DNA from: Octopus bimaculoides
Lineage: Eukaryota
NCBI RefSeq assembly: GCF_001194135.2
Contig: NC_068982.1
Location: 22,923,543 to 22,969,074 of the forward strand
Reading direction: 5' to 3'
Length of the DNA: 45,532 nt
Shown: piece by piece, positions 35,059 to 45,532 of the stretch
How positions within the stretch are numbered: the stretch's first letter is position 1
Layout of the letters: the number at the start of each line of letters is the position of its first letter
Notes under the pieces: model-generated
Databases searched by the model: none
What the model was told of the DNA's origin: nothing
Seen by the model: only the letters and a program-made list of their open reading frames with translations
Made by a program: the position numbers and the translations under genes

Positions 35059-36174
35059 GTGTGCGTGTGTGTGTGTGCTTGAGCACATGTTCAGTACAGA
35101 TAAAGGCAAAGAGAGAATCAGTTGCGAATGTAGAAAACAAAAAAACTATTCGTAGCGATAGAGTAAAATTGATGTAAATACGTACGAACAAAAGCTTACA
35201 CACACACACACACACACNNNNNNNNNNNNNNNNNNNNNNNNNNNNNNNNNNNNNNNNNNNNNNNNNNNNNNNNNNNNNNNNNNNNNNNNNNNNNNNNNNN
35301 NNNNNNNNNNNNNNNNNNNNNNNNNNNNNNNNNNNNNNNNNNNNNNNNNNNNNNNNNNNNNNNNNNNNNNNNNNNNNNNNNNNNNNNNNNNNNNNNNNNN
35401 NNNNNNNNNNNNNNNNNNNNNNNNNNNNNNNNNNNNNNNNNNNNNNNNNNNNNNNNNNNNNNNNNNNNNNNNNNNNNNNNNNNNNNNNNNNNNNNNNNNN
35501 NNNNNNNNNNNNNNNNNNNNNNNNNNNNNNNNNNNNNNNNNNNNNNNNNNNNNNNNNNNNNNNNNNNNNNNNNNNNNNNNNNNNNNNNNNNNNNNNNNNN
35601 NNNNNNNNNNNNNNNNNNNNNNNNNNNNNNNNNNNNNNNNNNNNNNNNNNNNNNNNNNNNNNNNNNNNNNNNNNNNNNNNNNNNNNNNNNNNNNNNNNNN
35701 NNNNNNNNNNNNNNNNNNNNNNNNNNNNNNNNNNNNNNNNNNNNNNNNNNNNNNNNNNNNNNNNNNNNNNNNNNNNNNNNNNNNNNNNNNNNNNNNNNNN
35801 NNNNNNNNNNNNNNNNNNNNNNNNNNNNNNNNNNNNNNNNNNNNNNNNNNNNNNNNNNNNNNNNNNNNNNNNNNNNNNNNNNNNNNNNNNNNNNNNNNNN
35901 NNNNNNNNNNNNNNNNNNNNNNNNNNNNNNNNNNNNNNNNNNNNNNNNNNNNNNNNNNNNNNNNNNNNNNNNNNNNNNNNNNNNNNNNNNNNNNNNNNNN
36001 NNNNNNNNNNNNNNNNNNNNNNNNNNNNNNNNNNNNNNNNNNNNNNNNNNATATATATATATATATATATATACATACACACACACACACTCATATATAT
36101 ATGCGTATATGTGCATACATACATATATAGATACATACACATATGCAAACATACACACATACAAACACATATGC

Positions 36175-36206
<32 letters not shown>

Positions 36207-36211
36207 GCATG

Positions 36212-36242
<31 letters not shown>

Positions 36243-36553
36243 GGCAAAAATATCCTTATACATTAAATGTTCATAAATGTATATTAAATATATGTGTGGA
36301 TGTATGGCGTGTTTGTGGGTATACGTTCACACATACATACGTGCATATGCACATACACACACATACACTCATATATATTCATAGATATATATATACACAC
36401 ACAGACACACAGACATATATATGATTTATTTGTACATATATTCATACACGCACGCGCACACACACTTACACAGACACACACACACGCGTATAATCGTGAA
36501 TGAAGCAACAAAAGCGAGAGTAAAGAAGAAATAACAAACACTCGCGCACATAG

Positions 36554-36587
<34 letters not shown>

Positions 36588-36808
36588 ACATACATGCAGA
36601 CACAGACATACACGCGCGCACCCATATACACACATAGATAGAGAAGCGAAATAAAATATAACAGTCAGAAAATGCTAACAAGAACGACGTAAATAACATA
36701 AATCCGTTACTATATTTTATAGGGTTTCGCATCTACAGGCATCGACTCGCACAGTAAATTTCCTGAGTTGTAAACGAATATGTTGCTTATCACCGGATTA
36801 TAGTTGTG

Positions 36809-36857
<49 letters not shown>

Positions 36858-36906
36858 ACACACACAAACATTCACACACACANNNNNNNNNNNNNNNNNN
36901 NNNNNN

Positions 36907-36948
<42 letters not shown>

Positions 36949-37264
36949 CACACACACACACGCACATACACACATTCATACACACATTCATACACACACA
37001 CACATATATATATATAAATGATAGTATAACGTAAGGTATAGAAATCTGTGTGAATAGTTATGTAACTAAATGTATATAACTGCATTCGCATGAGTGTATA
37101 TGTGTGTATACATATCTATGCATGCGTGTGTGTATTCGTATGTATGTGTATATATATACTTTCATTTGCACATGCATTTGTGCATATTTAAATACACATA
37201 AATACTTATGTATACATACATATATACTTGCATGCATACATACGTATATATATATATATTTACT

Positions 37265-37310
<46 letters not shown>

Positions 37311-37508
37311 CACTCTTAAACATGCACAGGTTTGCTTTATGTATTTATAATTATATACATCTGTGTAACTTATGTGTATCTATATATATTAATGTATATA
37401 CACAATCCCTAACACACGTACACGCACATGAACATTATAACAGAAAAATTGTAAGAGGAACGAAAAAATCTGAGAAGTAGAGAGAGTGAGAGAGACCAAG
37501 AGAGAGTA

Positions 37509-37530
<22 letters not shown>
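34690..37530. repeat. Dense (TA)n, (TG)n, (CA)n and (GA)n microsatellite field spanning two gaps
   Basis: Read directly; source of the YI/CV/HT-repeat ORFs. Confidence 0.92.
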
Positions 37531-37539
<9 letters not shown>

Positions 37540-38181
37540 GAGAGGGAGAGAGAGTGAAGGTGTTTGTGAGCATGAGCGTTTGAATGTGAGGAAAGAAGAG
37601 ATATTGAGGGATGGGGGAAGTGTGAGAGGGGGAATAAGAGACAGAAAAAGTGGTAAATAGAATGTGAGTAATTCGAAAATCTGCTCGGAGTTGTTGCTCA
37701 AAATCCAAGTGATTCTTTACTGATATAGCATCATTAGAAAAGAATCACGAAATGAATAGATGTAGGTATAAATATTTAAATAAATAGATTAATGAATGAA
37801 GATAACATGATAAAGAAGAGTCCAATAGAAATCCTATACAAATAAAAATACAGAATGAGAAAAAAAAGGGCTAAAATAAATCGAAAACCACAAATACGAA
37901 GTACAAGCGTACCAAAGAAAACATGAACAGCAAAGTAAACTATTTCATTTCAAACAAATGAAGTAACTCATATTATATATATATATAAGTAAACAAGAGA
38001 TATTTGTTAAACTCCAGTAACAACGATTGCGTAAATGACGACAATACAGCGGTAGCAGTGTATAGCGAGGATTAAGTAATGAGGATGATAATGATGACGA
38101 AACCGCAGTAAATTCTTTCACGATTGGCCACATTGCCTAATAGTAAGAAATATCGATACAGCTGCTTTGTTCACGACTTAC

Positions 38182-38255
38182 ATAATCCGGATTTTCATTC
38201 TCAGCAACATTATCGCAGTTTCAAGTTCAGTCTCACAGCGTTGCAGCTTGCGTTG
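38182..38255 (-). CDS. Weak candidate exon (QRKLQRCETELETAIMLLRMKIRI)
   Basis: TAG| acceptor with a poor pyrimidine tract, canonical |GTAAGT donor at 38181-38176, one open frame, locally CpG-rich. Confidence 0.17.
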
Positions 38256-38534
38256 CTATATATAACCATAGCGTTTAGGTCGGTAATGGCCTTATCCGTC
38301 AGTTTGGTATCGGAAATTGCGTGGCAGACTATGTATGTATGTATGTCATTCAGTTTTATTTCAAGATTTCCTGCTAATAAAGTAAGGGGCAGTTTTTAAC
38401 CTAGATCCAAGGCTCCTTCACTGGAAGTTTAGATAATCATATATATATATATATATAATCATATATATATATATATATGTTAAATCTCTGAACGAGGTAT
38501 TAACAGTAACTGCACGATAAAGTGAAGTATATAT

Positions 38535-38821
38535 GCCACTTAAATGTGGCTGACCCCGAGGGGTGGATGTTACTGTTGCTTTTAGCCCCAGGAGGACATC
38601 TCCTCCTGAGAAAGTTACATATATTTGCCTAGGGATGTCTTTTGCATCGAAGGTCGGCGATTGTCGTACGCTGAAGAAGGGAAATAACCCTGAAACTCGG
38701 GTACGTACGTATCGTAGATCAAGATGGGAAAGATAACTTCCCTTGGCAAATACAGACAGGGCACAGATGTGTGTCGATAGCCAGCTGGAGGAGATGTCCT
38801 CCTGGGGCTAAAAGCAACAGT
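38535..38821 (+). mobile_element. Hammerhead-bearing PLE-type terminal repeat with an inverted copy of its 3' end in front; right end lost in a gap
   Basis: Perfect 35-bp inverted repeat 38572-38606 / 38787-38821 enclosing an intact hammerhead. Confidence 0.8.
38665..38709 (+). ncRNA. Intact type I hammerhead ribozyme; predicted cleavage after A38703
   Basis: Stem I CGTACG/CGTACG; CTGAAGA 38671-38677; stem II AGGG-aaataa-CCCT; GAAA 38692-38695; stem III AC-tcgg-GT; GTA triplet 38701-38703. All conserved core positions present. Confidence 0.9.
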
Positions 38822-39474
38822 NNNNNNNNNNNNNNNNNNNNNNNNNNNNNNNNNNNNNNNNNNNNNNNNNNNNNNNNNNNNNNNNNNNNNNNNNNNNNNN
38901 NNNNNNNNNNNNNNNNNNNNNNNNNNNNNNNNNNNNNNNNNNNNNNNNNNNNNNTATATATATTCACCATCTCAATCACAGGATGTGTATTCAGTGATGG
39001 ATAAACTAAGCTTAGTAAATTATGTGTCTCAAATTCTCAAACGTAGAGGACGACTGGTTTCTCAATACAAAAGAAACTATCTTCGTTGAATTTAGACAAA
39101 AACCAACCTAGTAGTCTTGCATGTATGTATGTATGTATGTATGTATGTATGTATGTATGCATGTATGTATGTATGTATACATGCATGTATGTATGTATAC
39201 ATGCAGATTTGTATATTCTGTTTTATGTATGATTTCTGATGCATATAGTTGTACGTCTCGACATGCTCATATATACTTAAATGATAAACTTCTGGAAAGT
39301 TTTACAGATTTTTACAATTCCAGTGGTAGCTTGGATCTGTAGTCTTCGAATCAGTTTTCTCTTTTCTGGTTTTAAGAAGCCTAATTTCTCAAGATAGCTA
39401 CTTAGCAATGTGTTAATTACACAAGTGCTCCAATAATTATAAGTATAAACCTGAGCTTGTATTCTGGGTAGAGT

Positions 39475-39590
39475 TTCCGTCTACCAAATCCACTCACAAG
39501 ATACTTGCCCAAGGTGCCACGCAGTGGGACTGAACCCGGGACCATGTGGTTAGCAAGCAAGCTACTTACCACACAGCCACTCCTGCGCCT
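39475..39590 (-). mobile_element. SINE family A head with an internal deletion
   Basis: AGGCGCAGGAGTGGCTGTGTGGTAAGTAGC...GGTTCAGTCCC...CTTGGGCAAG joined directly to CTTGTGAGTGGATTTGG. Confidence 0.92.
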
Positions 39591-39612
39591 ATAAATAATA
39601 ATAATAATAATA

Positions 39613-39785
39613 ATCCTTTCTACTATAGGCACAGAGCCTGAAATTTTATGGAGAGAAGACTTGTCGATTGCATCGAACCCGGTGTTTCGCTGATACTTAA
39701 TTTATCGACCCACGGAGGGTGAAAGGAAAAGCTGACCTCGAGAGAATTTCCCGCGTGCTAACGATTCTGCCAGATCACCGCCTTA

Positions 39786-39851
<66 letters not shown>

Positions 39852-40372
39852 GTTCCAAATTTTCCCACAAGGGTAGCCGTTTCGGGGGAGGGGGATGTGT
39901 CGATTACATCGACCCCAGTGTTCAACTGGTACTTAATTTATCGATTCTGAAATGATGAAAGACAAAGCCGACCTCGGCGGAGTTCGAACTCGGAACGTAA
40001 GCGGCAGAGGAAATACTGCTAAGCATTTCGCCCGGCGTGCTAAAGATTCTGTCAACTCGTTGCCTTAGCAGTAGTAGTAGTAGTAGTAGTAGTAGTAACA
40101 ACAACAACAACAACAACAACAATAATAATAATAATAATATTAATATTAATGATGATAATAATAATAATAATAATAATACTGAAGATGATAAGTACAAGAC
40201 CTGAAATTTGAAGGGAGACGGTTGTTGATAACACCAACCCCTGTACTTGACTAGAAATTTCGACCTGTAAGATTAAAAGGCAGATATGACCACACTGTGA
40301 TTTGAACTCAGTGCGTAAGGAGACGAAACAAATAGAGCTAAGCATTTTGCCCGATGGTCTAACTTGCCGCCT
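39613..40372 (-). mobile_element. Three co-oriented family B SINEs (about 39613-39783, 39851-40064, 40190-40372) separated by trinucleotide tracts
   Basis: Family B blocks repeated three times, with (AAT)n and (AGT)n(AAC)n(AAT)n spacers. Confidence 0.88.
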
Positions 40373-40838
40373 TAATCACAGCAAGAAAAAGAGCAAGAAC
40401 AAGAATAACATTATTATTGTCATTGTTAGGTTATTTTTGTTTGTTTATAAACTAACGAAGCATAAAACCGAAATTACGTGAGCGTTTTAGCAATCTGCCA
40501 CTCTTGTTTCGCTCTTTTTCTCTCAATTCTCCTCTCAGTCTCTTTAGAATTTCATTCGTTCTCTCTATTTTTCTCCCTGTATTTTGAAGCTTACAAGCAA
40601 TTAGTGCACATTTAATTTTAGAAAAAAAAAAAAGAAAGAAAAAAAAAGATAAATAAATAATAATAATAATAATAATATTTCATTTTTAATTGATAACCAT
40701 TCCGCCACTTCTTCAAGATAGGGATTGCGATAATATGGTGTGCTAATAATTGAATCGGTAATGTTAGCTGTTGTGGGAATGGTGAGGATTCTGATGTTGA
40801 TTTTGATGGTGATGGTAATAGTGTGCATGATGTTAAAA

Positions 40839-40884
<46 letters not shown>

Positions 40885-41480
40885 CGAGATGACGACGGCC
40901 GCGGTGGCGGTGATATAGACGATGACACCAACAACGACGTCGACGATAATAATGATGACAATGATGAGGATAATGGTGATGCTGGGACATATCATAGATC
41001 GGTAAAGATATTGGTAACACCATTGTTATCGACGGTGTTACAGGTATTGTTGCAAACAAAGAAGAATCATAATTAGGGCAAAATAATGAACATTGTTAGC
41101 TGGGATAATAAGTTGATTGGAGACTGTGTGTCGTGCCCGAATAGATTCTTTTTTTATATAAATAATTACCCGATAAAGCTAAACGTCCATAGTTATAATA
41201 CTGAAAGTTCCACACTGAGAAGCGCATACATACATGCATATATACGCTAAAAGAAGTTCTATGCGGCAATCCAAGTTAAAGGGGCAGAATGATTTTATTT
41301 TGAATTTATTTGAGATTTCAAACTTCTGGGGGCGAATTCTATGGAATAAAGAATGTGCCTACGGCATGTTTTGTGAAGCAATTTCCATCTTATTCGGCAT
41401 ACGGTATTAATCTGTGAACGCTACACCGTTGGAAGCTATTGTGCGGCTGTCTTTGTATTTGTCTGCAGATAATTAGTGAA

Positions 41481-41732
41481 GGCGCGTGTCTTGGTGGTTA
41501 GGATAATCCGCTCACGATTGTAAGGTTGTGAGATCGAAAGCCGGCGGCGCGTTGTGTCTTTGAGCAAGACACTGTATTTCACGTTCCTATAGTTCACTCA
41601 GCTAGCAGTGATGAGTAGTGTCTGAATTTCAAAGGGCACCAACCTTGTCAAAATATGTCACACTGAGTCTGTGGAGTGTTGTTCCGTTGATTGGATCAAC
41701 TGGAACACTCGTCGTCGTAAGCAATAGAGTGC
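41481..41732 (+). mobile_element. SINE family C, diverged copy with a different 3' tail from 5070-5400
   Basis: GGCGCGTGTCTTGGTGGTTAGG...GAGATCGAAAGCC...TTGAGCAAGACACTGTATTTCACG...TTCACTCAGCT; tail AACACTCGTCGTCGT. Confidence 0.85.
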
Positions 41733-41872
41733 AGATTTGTTGCAGATAATCATTAAAAATTAAATGATCCAAGGGAAATAACTCGAATGAACCAATGACA
41801 TGATTTGGTTCATTATGATAAATGGTATGTTTCACCATCTCTTGTGTTTTGTGTTGTAATGTAAGAGAACAT

Positions 41873-42240
41873 TCAGGGCGTATATGAAATACTTTTTGTA
41901 CTTCGTAATTCTAGAATGTCTATTGATTTGGTATATTCTATTCTGTTATCTGTTAGCATTACTAGTTTTTCTCTTTTAAGTATTATTCGTTTTAATGCCC
42001 GCAGTCTTTTATTCTGCGTCTCAAGATGCCGAACAATTGAACATATTAGATAAATCAGTACAGTTGCCTTTGTATGTTTTGAATGGTATGAAGTAAATTG
42101 TAAATAGCGTTTAGCGTCTGTCCGTTTCTGGTGGATGTCGATTTCCATGCTTGTGTCTCTCTCTTTGACGATTGAAATATCCAGGAAGGCTTGTTTATTT
42201 TGATTGTAATTCCATCGAGAAATGTACATTGCTGCTTATT
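41873..42240 (-). pseudogene. Penelope-like element RT fragment (domain 7 and thumb)
   Basis: AFLDISIVKE..IDIHQKRTDAKRYLQFTSYHSKHTK..RLRALKRIL fits the PLE pattern LPFLD...TD.Y.K.T....YL.F.S.HP..TK. Confidence 0.85.
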
Positions 42241-42744
42241 CTATTAATTAAGGTTTTGAAATTACTATGGTGCTCACGATCACGGGTCCACAGACTGAGG
42301 AGGTCTATTAGAAAGCAACAATCCAAAACATGACTGAATGAGTTATATGGTAACACATATAAACAATGCATTCATTAGGAACTAAATTGCGAAGACTTTA
42401 CACTGTTGTTGCTGACAATCTCCTACACACTATCGCATAAACAATCATTTATGCAGTACACAATATTTATTTTAACAAAGCATTGAATCTTGGTGCAAAT
42501 ACTATCCATAATGTCACCTTATATAATACACGAACATAGAGTGAAAATCTTGTTGAATCTCATCTCTCATATGATATATTTATTGCATTGACACGACATT
42601 TAGTTTATGCGCAATTATCCTTTACATGGTCAATTTCCTCCGTGTCATATTACTTTTGTAAATCGGGATATTGTGAAATCAGTTAAATTAATGTAAAAAA
42701 AAAGTCTTATCAAAGACTCCAAGCACATTTTCAATTTCATTCCG

Positions 42745-43761
42745 TTACACATACATATAAACATACATAAATGTATATATACGTAAATATATTTGTGTGT
42801 GTGTGTGTGTGCGTGTGTTTATGTGTGTGCGCGCGTGTGTTCGTGTGTCTGTGCACGTGTACGAATATATCATGAATAATGTATGTATGTGTATATATAT
42901 ATATATATGCACATATATATATATATATATATATGCATGTATGTATGTATGTATGTATGTTTGTGTGTGTGTGTGTGTGTCTGCGGTTTATACTCTCTCC
43001 TCCAATGATGAATTCGTAGACCGCAATATATGCTGATGCTTAAATGCGGAAGAAAAGGCATTAAAAAGATAAACAAGTAAATAAAATATACAGAAAGTTA
43101 GACAGACACACTATGGATGCACAAAAGGTAAGTCTTAATAGAAGGTGCTTTAGCATATCACACTCGCTCTGATATCTAAGATGAACCAAAGGACACATAT
43201 ATACACGCAATCAAACAAAACTATCGGCCGATACAGAAACAAATACGCACATACATACAAAACTATTTCCTTAAATACAAGTACACACACATTGATGTAT
43301 AAAGTTTATAAATTAGTTCAGAGATAAAGATGTTGATTTTTGTTATCTCCTGTTAGCAAACATCTGCCATCTTCTAATAAAGCAGAAATTAAATAAATTA
43401 CGCTTTGATGTTTTTCATCTACTTCGTCCCCTTTTCTTGCATTTAATTAATGCAGTTTTATTAAATTATATTTTGAATATGAAGACAGTCTTTGAGACTT
43501 GATTTTTCCAGACTTTTCTCTAACCTCAATATTAGTCTTTAGTTTGTAATTCCTCACCCCTACCATCATTCATTAAAGTCTAGACCATAAAATAGATTGA
43601 TCTAAGGAGAGCAAGGAAGAGTGAATACGACAAATCTATTTAACACACATACACATACACACATGCGCACACACGTACACACATGCGCACACACATACAC
43701 ATGTATGATTACAATCAGGCACACAGATACCTGTATACATACATTCATACATACATTAAAT

Positions 43762-43812
<51 letters not shown>

Positions 43813-43935
43813 ATGTATGTATATATGTAAGTATGTGTTTATTTATCTATCTATCGATAGGGTGGTTAGAGTATGTGGTACGTATGTGTAAATATGCATG
43901 TATGCATTTATATATTTATGTATGTATAAATGTAC

Positions 43936-43966
<31 letters not shown>

Positions 43967-43995
43967 CATATATATATACATATATATATATTGAG
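42745..43995. repeat. Two (TG)/(TA)/(CA)/(TATG) microsatellite clusters (about 42745-42980 and 43640-43990)
   Basis: Read directly. Confidence 0.9.
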
Positions 43996-45475
43996 GGCTG
44001 TGTGTATATGATGTTTTTAACGTTGTCTGTCAAATTTGACAGTAACCAAGGAAAGACTAGACCACCATAAGAGTGTTTTAATGAGTGAAAAAGCTGTGAA
44101 GACATGGGACTCAACCTTCGGCCCTAACATGTTTTGACCAATAACAAGATTATGTCAAGATAACTTTAATTGCATAAAAATGCAAAATGTTGGTAAAATT
44201 GCTGAAGTAAGCACCAGACCTTACATAAAAATTAACTTTGTGTGTGAACCAGGCCGCAAAATATCATACCGGATGTTTGCATTTTAACTTGGTTTGTAAC
44301 ACAGCGTGACTATATTTAACCACATACTCCAGTTATCTTATTAGCTTGCTTCGTTGAAATTCGAAATTGTGGAGATGTAGTGTACTTATTCATTCCTTGC
44401 TTCATCGTAAGAAAAAGCGAACAAGGGATGATGTATACCCAACTCTGTATTTATTTATCTGGACTTAAAAGGATAGGATCACGAAATATGATATTAAATG
44501 ATCGTTTATCAGTAGCGCTCCACAGTATAAAATTGGGAATTCGAAATGCTATCCCTATTTGGAAGAAATATTCCATGCCATTACCTCTACATTACAGGTT
44601 ATTAAACTGTAGAAATGAATTAGCAGTAAAATGCGCACAGTCATTGAGAAATGTATTTAAGTGTTATCAAAATAAGTGAGCTTTATCAGAAATCACGTAG
44701 ACTGAAGTGTATAGACGTTAATCTTGTCAAATAATTATAAATTTCTCAATTTAGATTGAGTAAATTTTGCACTAAAAGTCAAAATATTTTTTGCTTTTAG
44801 AAATAAGATAGAATATGATTAGAATTTCAATTTACTTTATTTATCTCAAATAATACAGGTCTTCTAATATTCAAAAAAGTATAAAGTTCTTTTGCTAGGG
44901 AACAATGTGATACCCCAAATGAAACAATTTATTTATTTTTTCGATCCCTTTTAAATATGTTCATTTATTTTACATTCTATTATATTATCTTCCTCACGAG
45001 CGTTCACTGGTATGAATACATCCTGTCCTATTTATGGTTCTTTCTCCTACTAATTGTATGAAATAATGTATTCCCATAATATCTAAAAAGGTTATCTAGG
45101 TTTAAGTGATTCCAGAACTATAGTCGTATTTCATCACTAGCTCTACTGTCCTTTACATTGAGATTTTATGGTCCTTCACCAAAAATATAATTTAAGAAGA
45201 CATATCTGATACTTCAATCTTCATTCGCTTCATTCGTTTCGTTCTCCCGCATGGGTAACACTTTGAATAAAGTTGCTGAAGAATGGTCTAACTTGGATGA
45301 ATAAGTGCCGCAACTGAATTAAATATACATCAGGTAAATGAACATAACTGCCACATTAAAAGACGCATAGCACTTACTCAGTAGAGATACTTCGGACTGG
45401 AAACTGATGAAAGTAATACTTTCATAAATAAATTTGAAATGCATAATTCTCCATTTTTTTAATGATGGCATTGAT

Positions 45476-45487
45476 TACACACACACA

Positions 45488-45532
<45 letters not shown>
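45476..45532. repeat. (CA)n microsatellite at the window edge
   Basis: Read directly. Confidence 0.95.

Noticed and set aside
38257-38304. TATATAA plus TCAGT as a plus-strand promoter, or ATGGCCTTATCC|GTCAGT as a first exon
   Set aside because: The spacing is about 40 bp and such motifs are frequent in this AT-rich sequence; no independent support.
40840-41075. Asp/Asn-rich frame (GDIDDDTNNDVDDNNDD) and His-rich reverse frame
   Set aside because: Degenerate extension of the adjacent (GAT)n tract; no start codon or splice support.

Overview
Eukaryotic draft-assembly DNA with 13 N-gaps. It is AT-rich and saturated with di-, tri- and tetranucleotide microsatellites. I recognise the three tRNA-derived SINE families (called A, B and C here) as octopod cephalopod repeats, so this is probably Octopus; that is inference, not a database hit. 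No host gene can be established: only three weak candidate exons (2020-2091 +, 9553-9694 -, 38182-38255 -), so the window is probably intronic or intergenic. Almost all protein-like sequence is transposon debris: four pieces of RLE-type (R4/Dong-like) non-LTR retrotransposons, one with a twin-priming-type 5' inversion; an RTE 3' end; a mariner; and Penelope-like element (PLE) RT and GIY-YIG fragments. The main signal is RNA structure that the ORF track cannot show. At least four unrelated repeat families carry type I hammerhead ribozyme motifs. One is intact (38665-38709) and sits at the tip of a long fold-back. Two are near-identical copies in the arms of a 238-bp inverted repeat (6663-7533). 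Several others are decayed. Hammerheads in PLE terminal repeats are known in general; these particular families, core variants and outward-facing inverted architectures are what merit follow-up.
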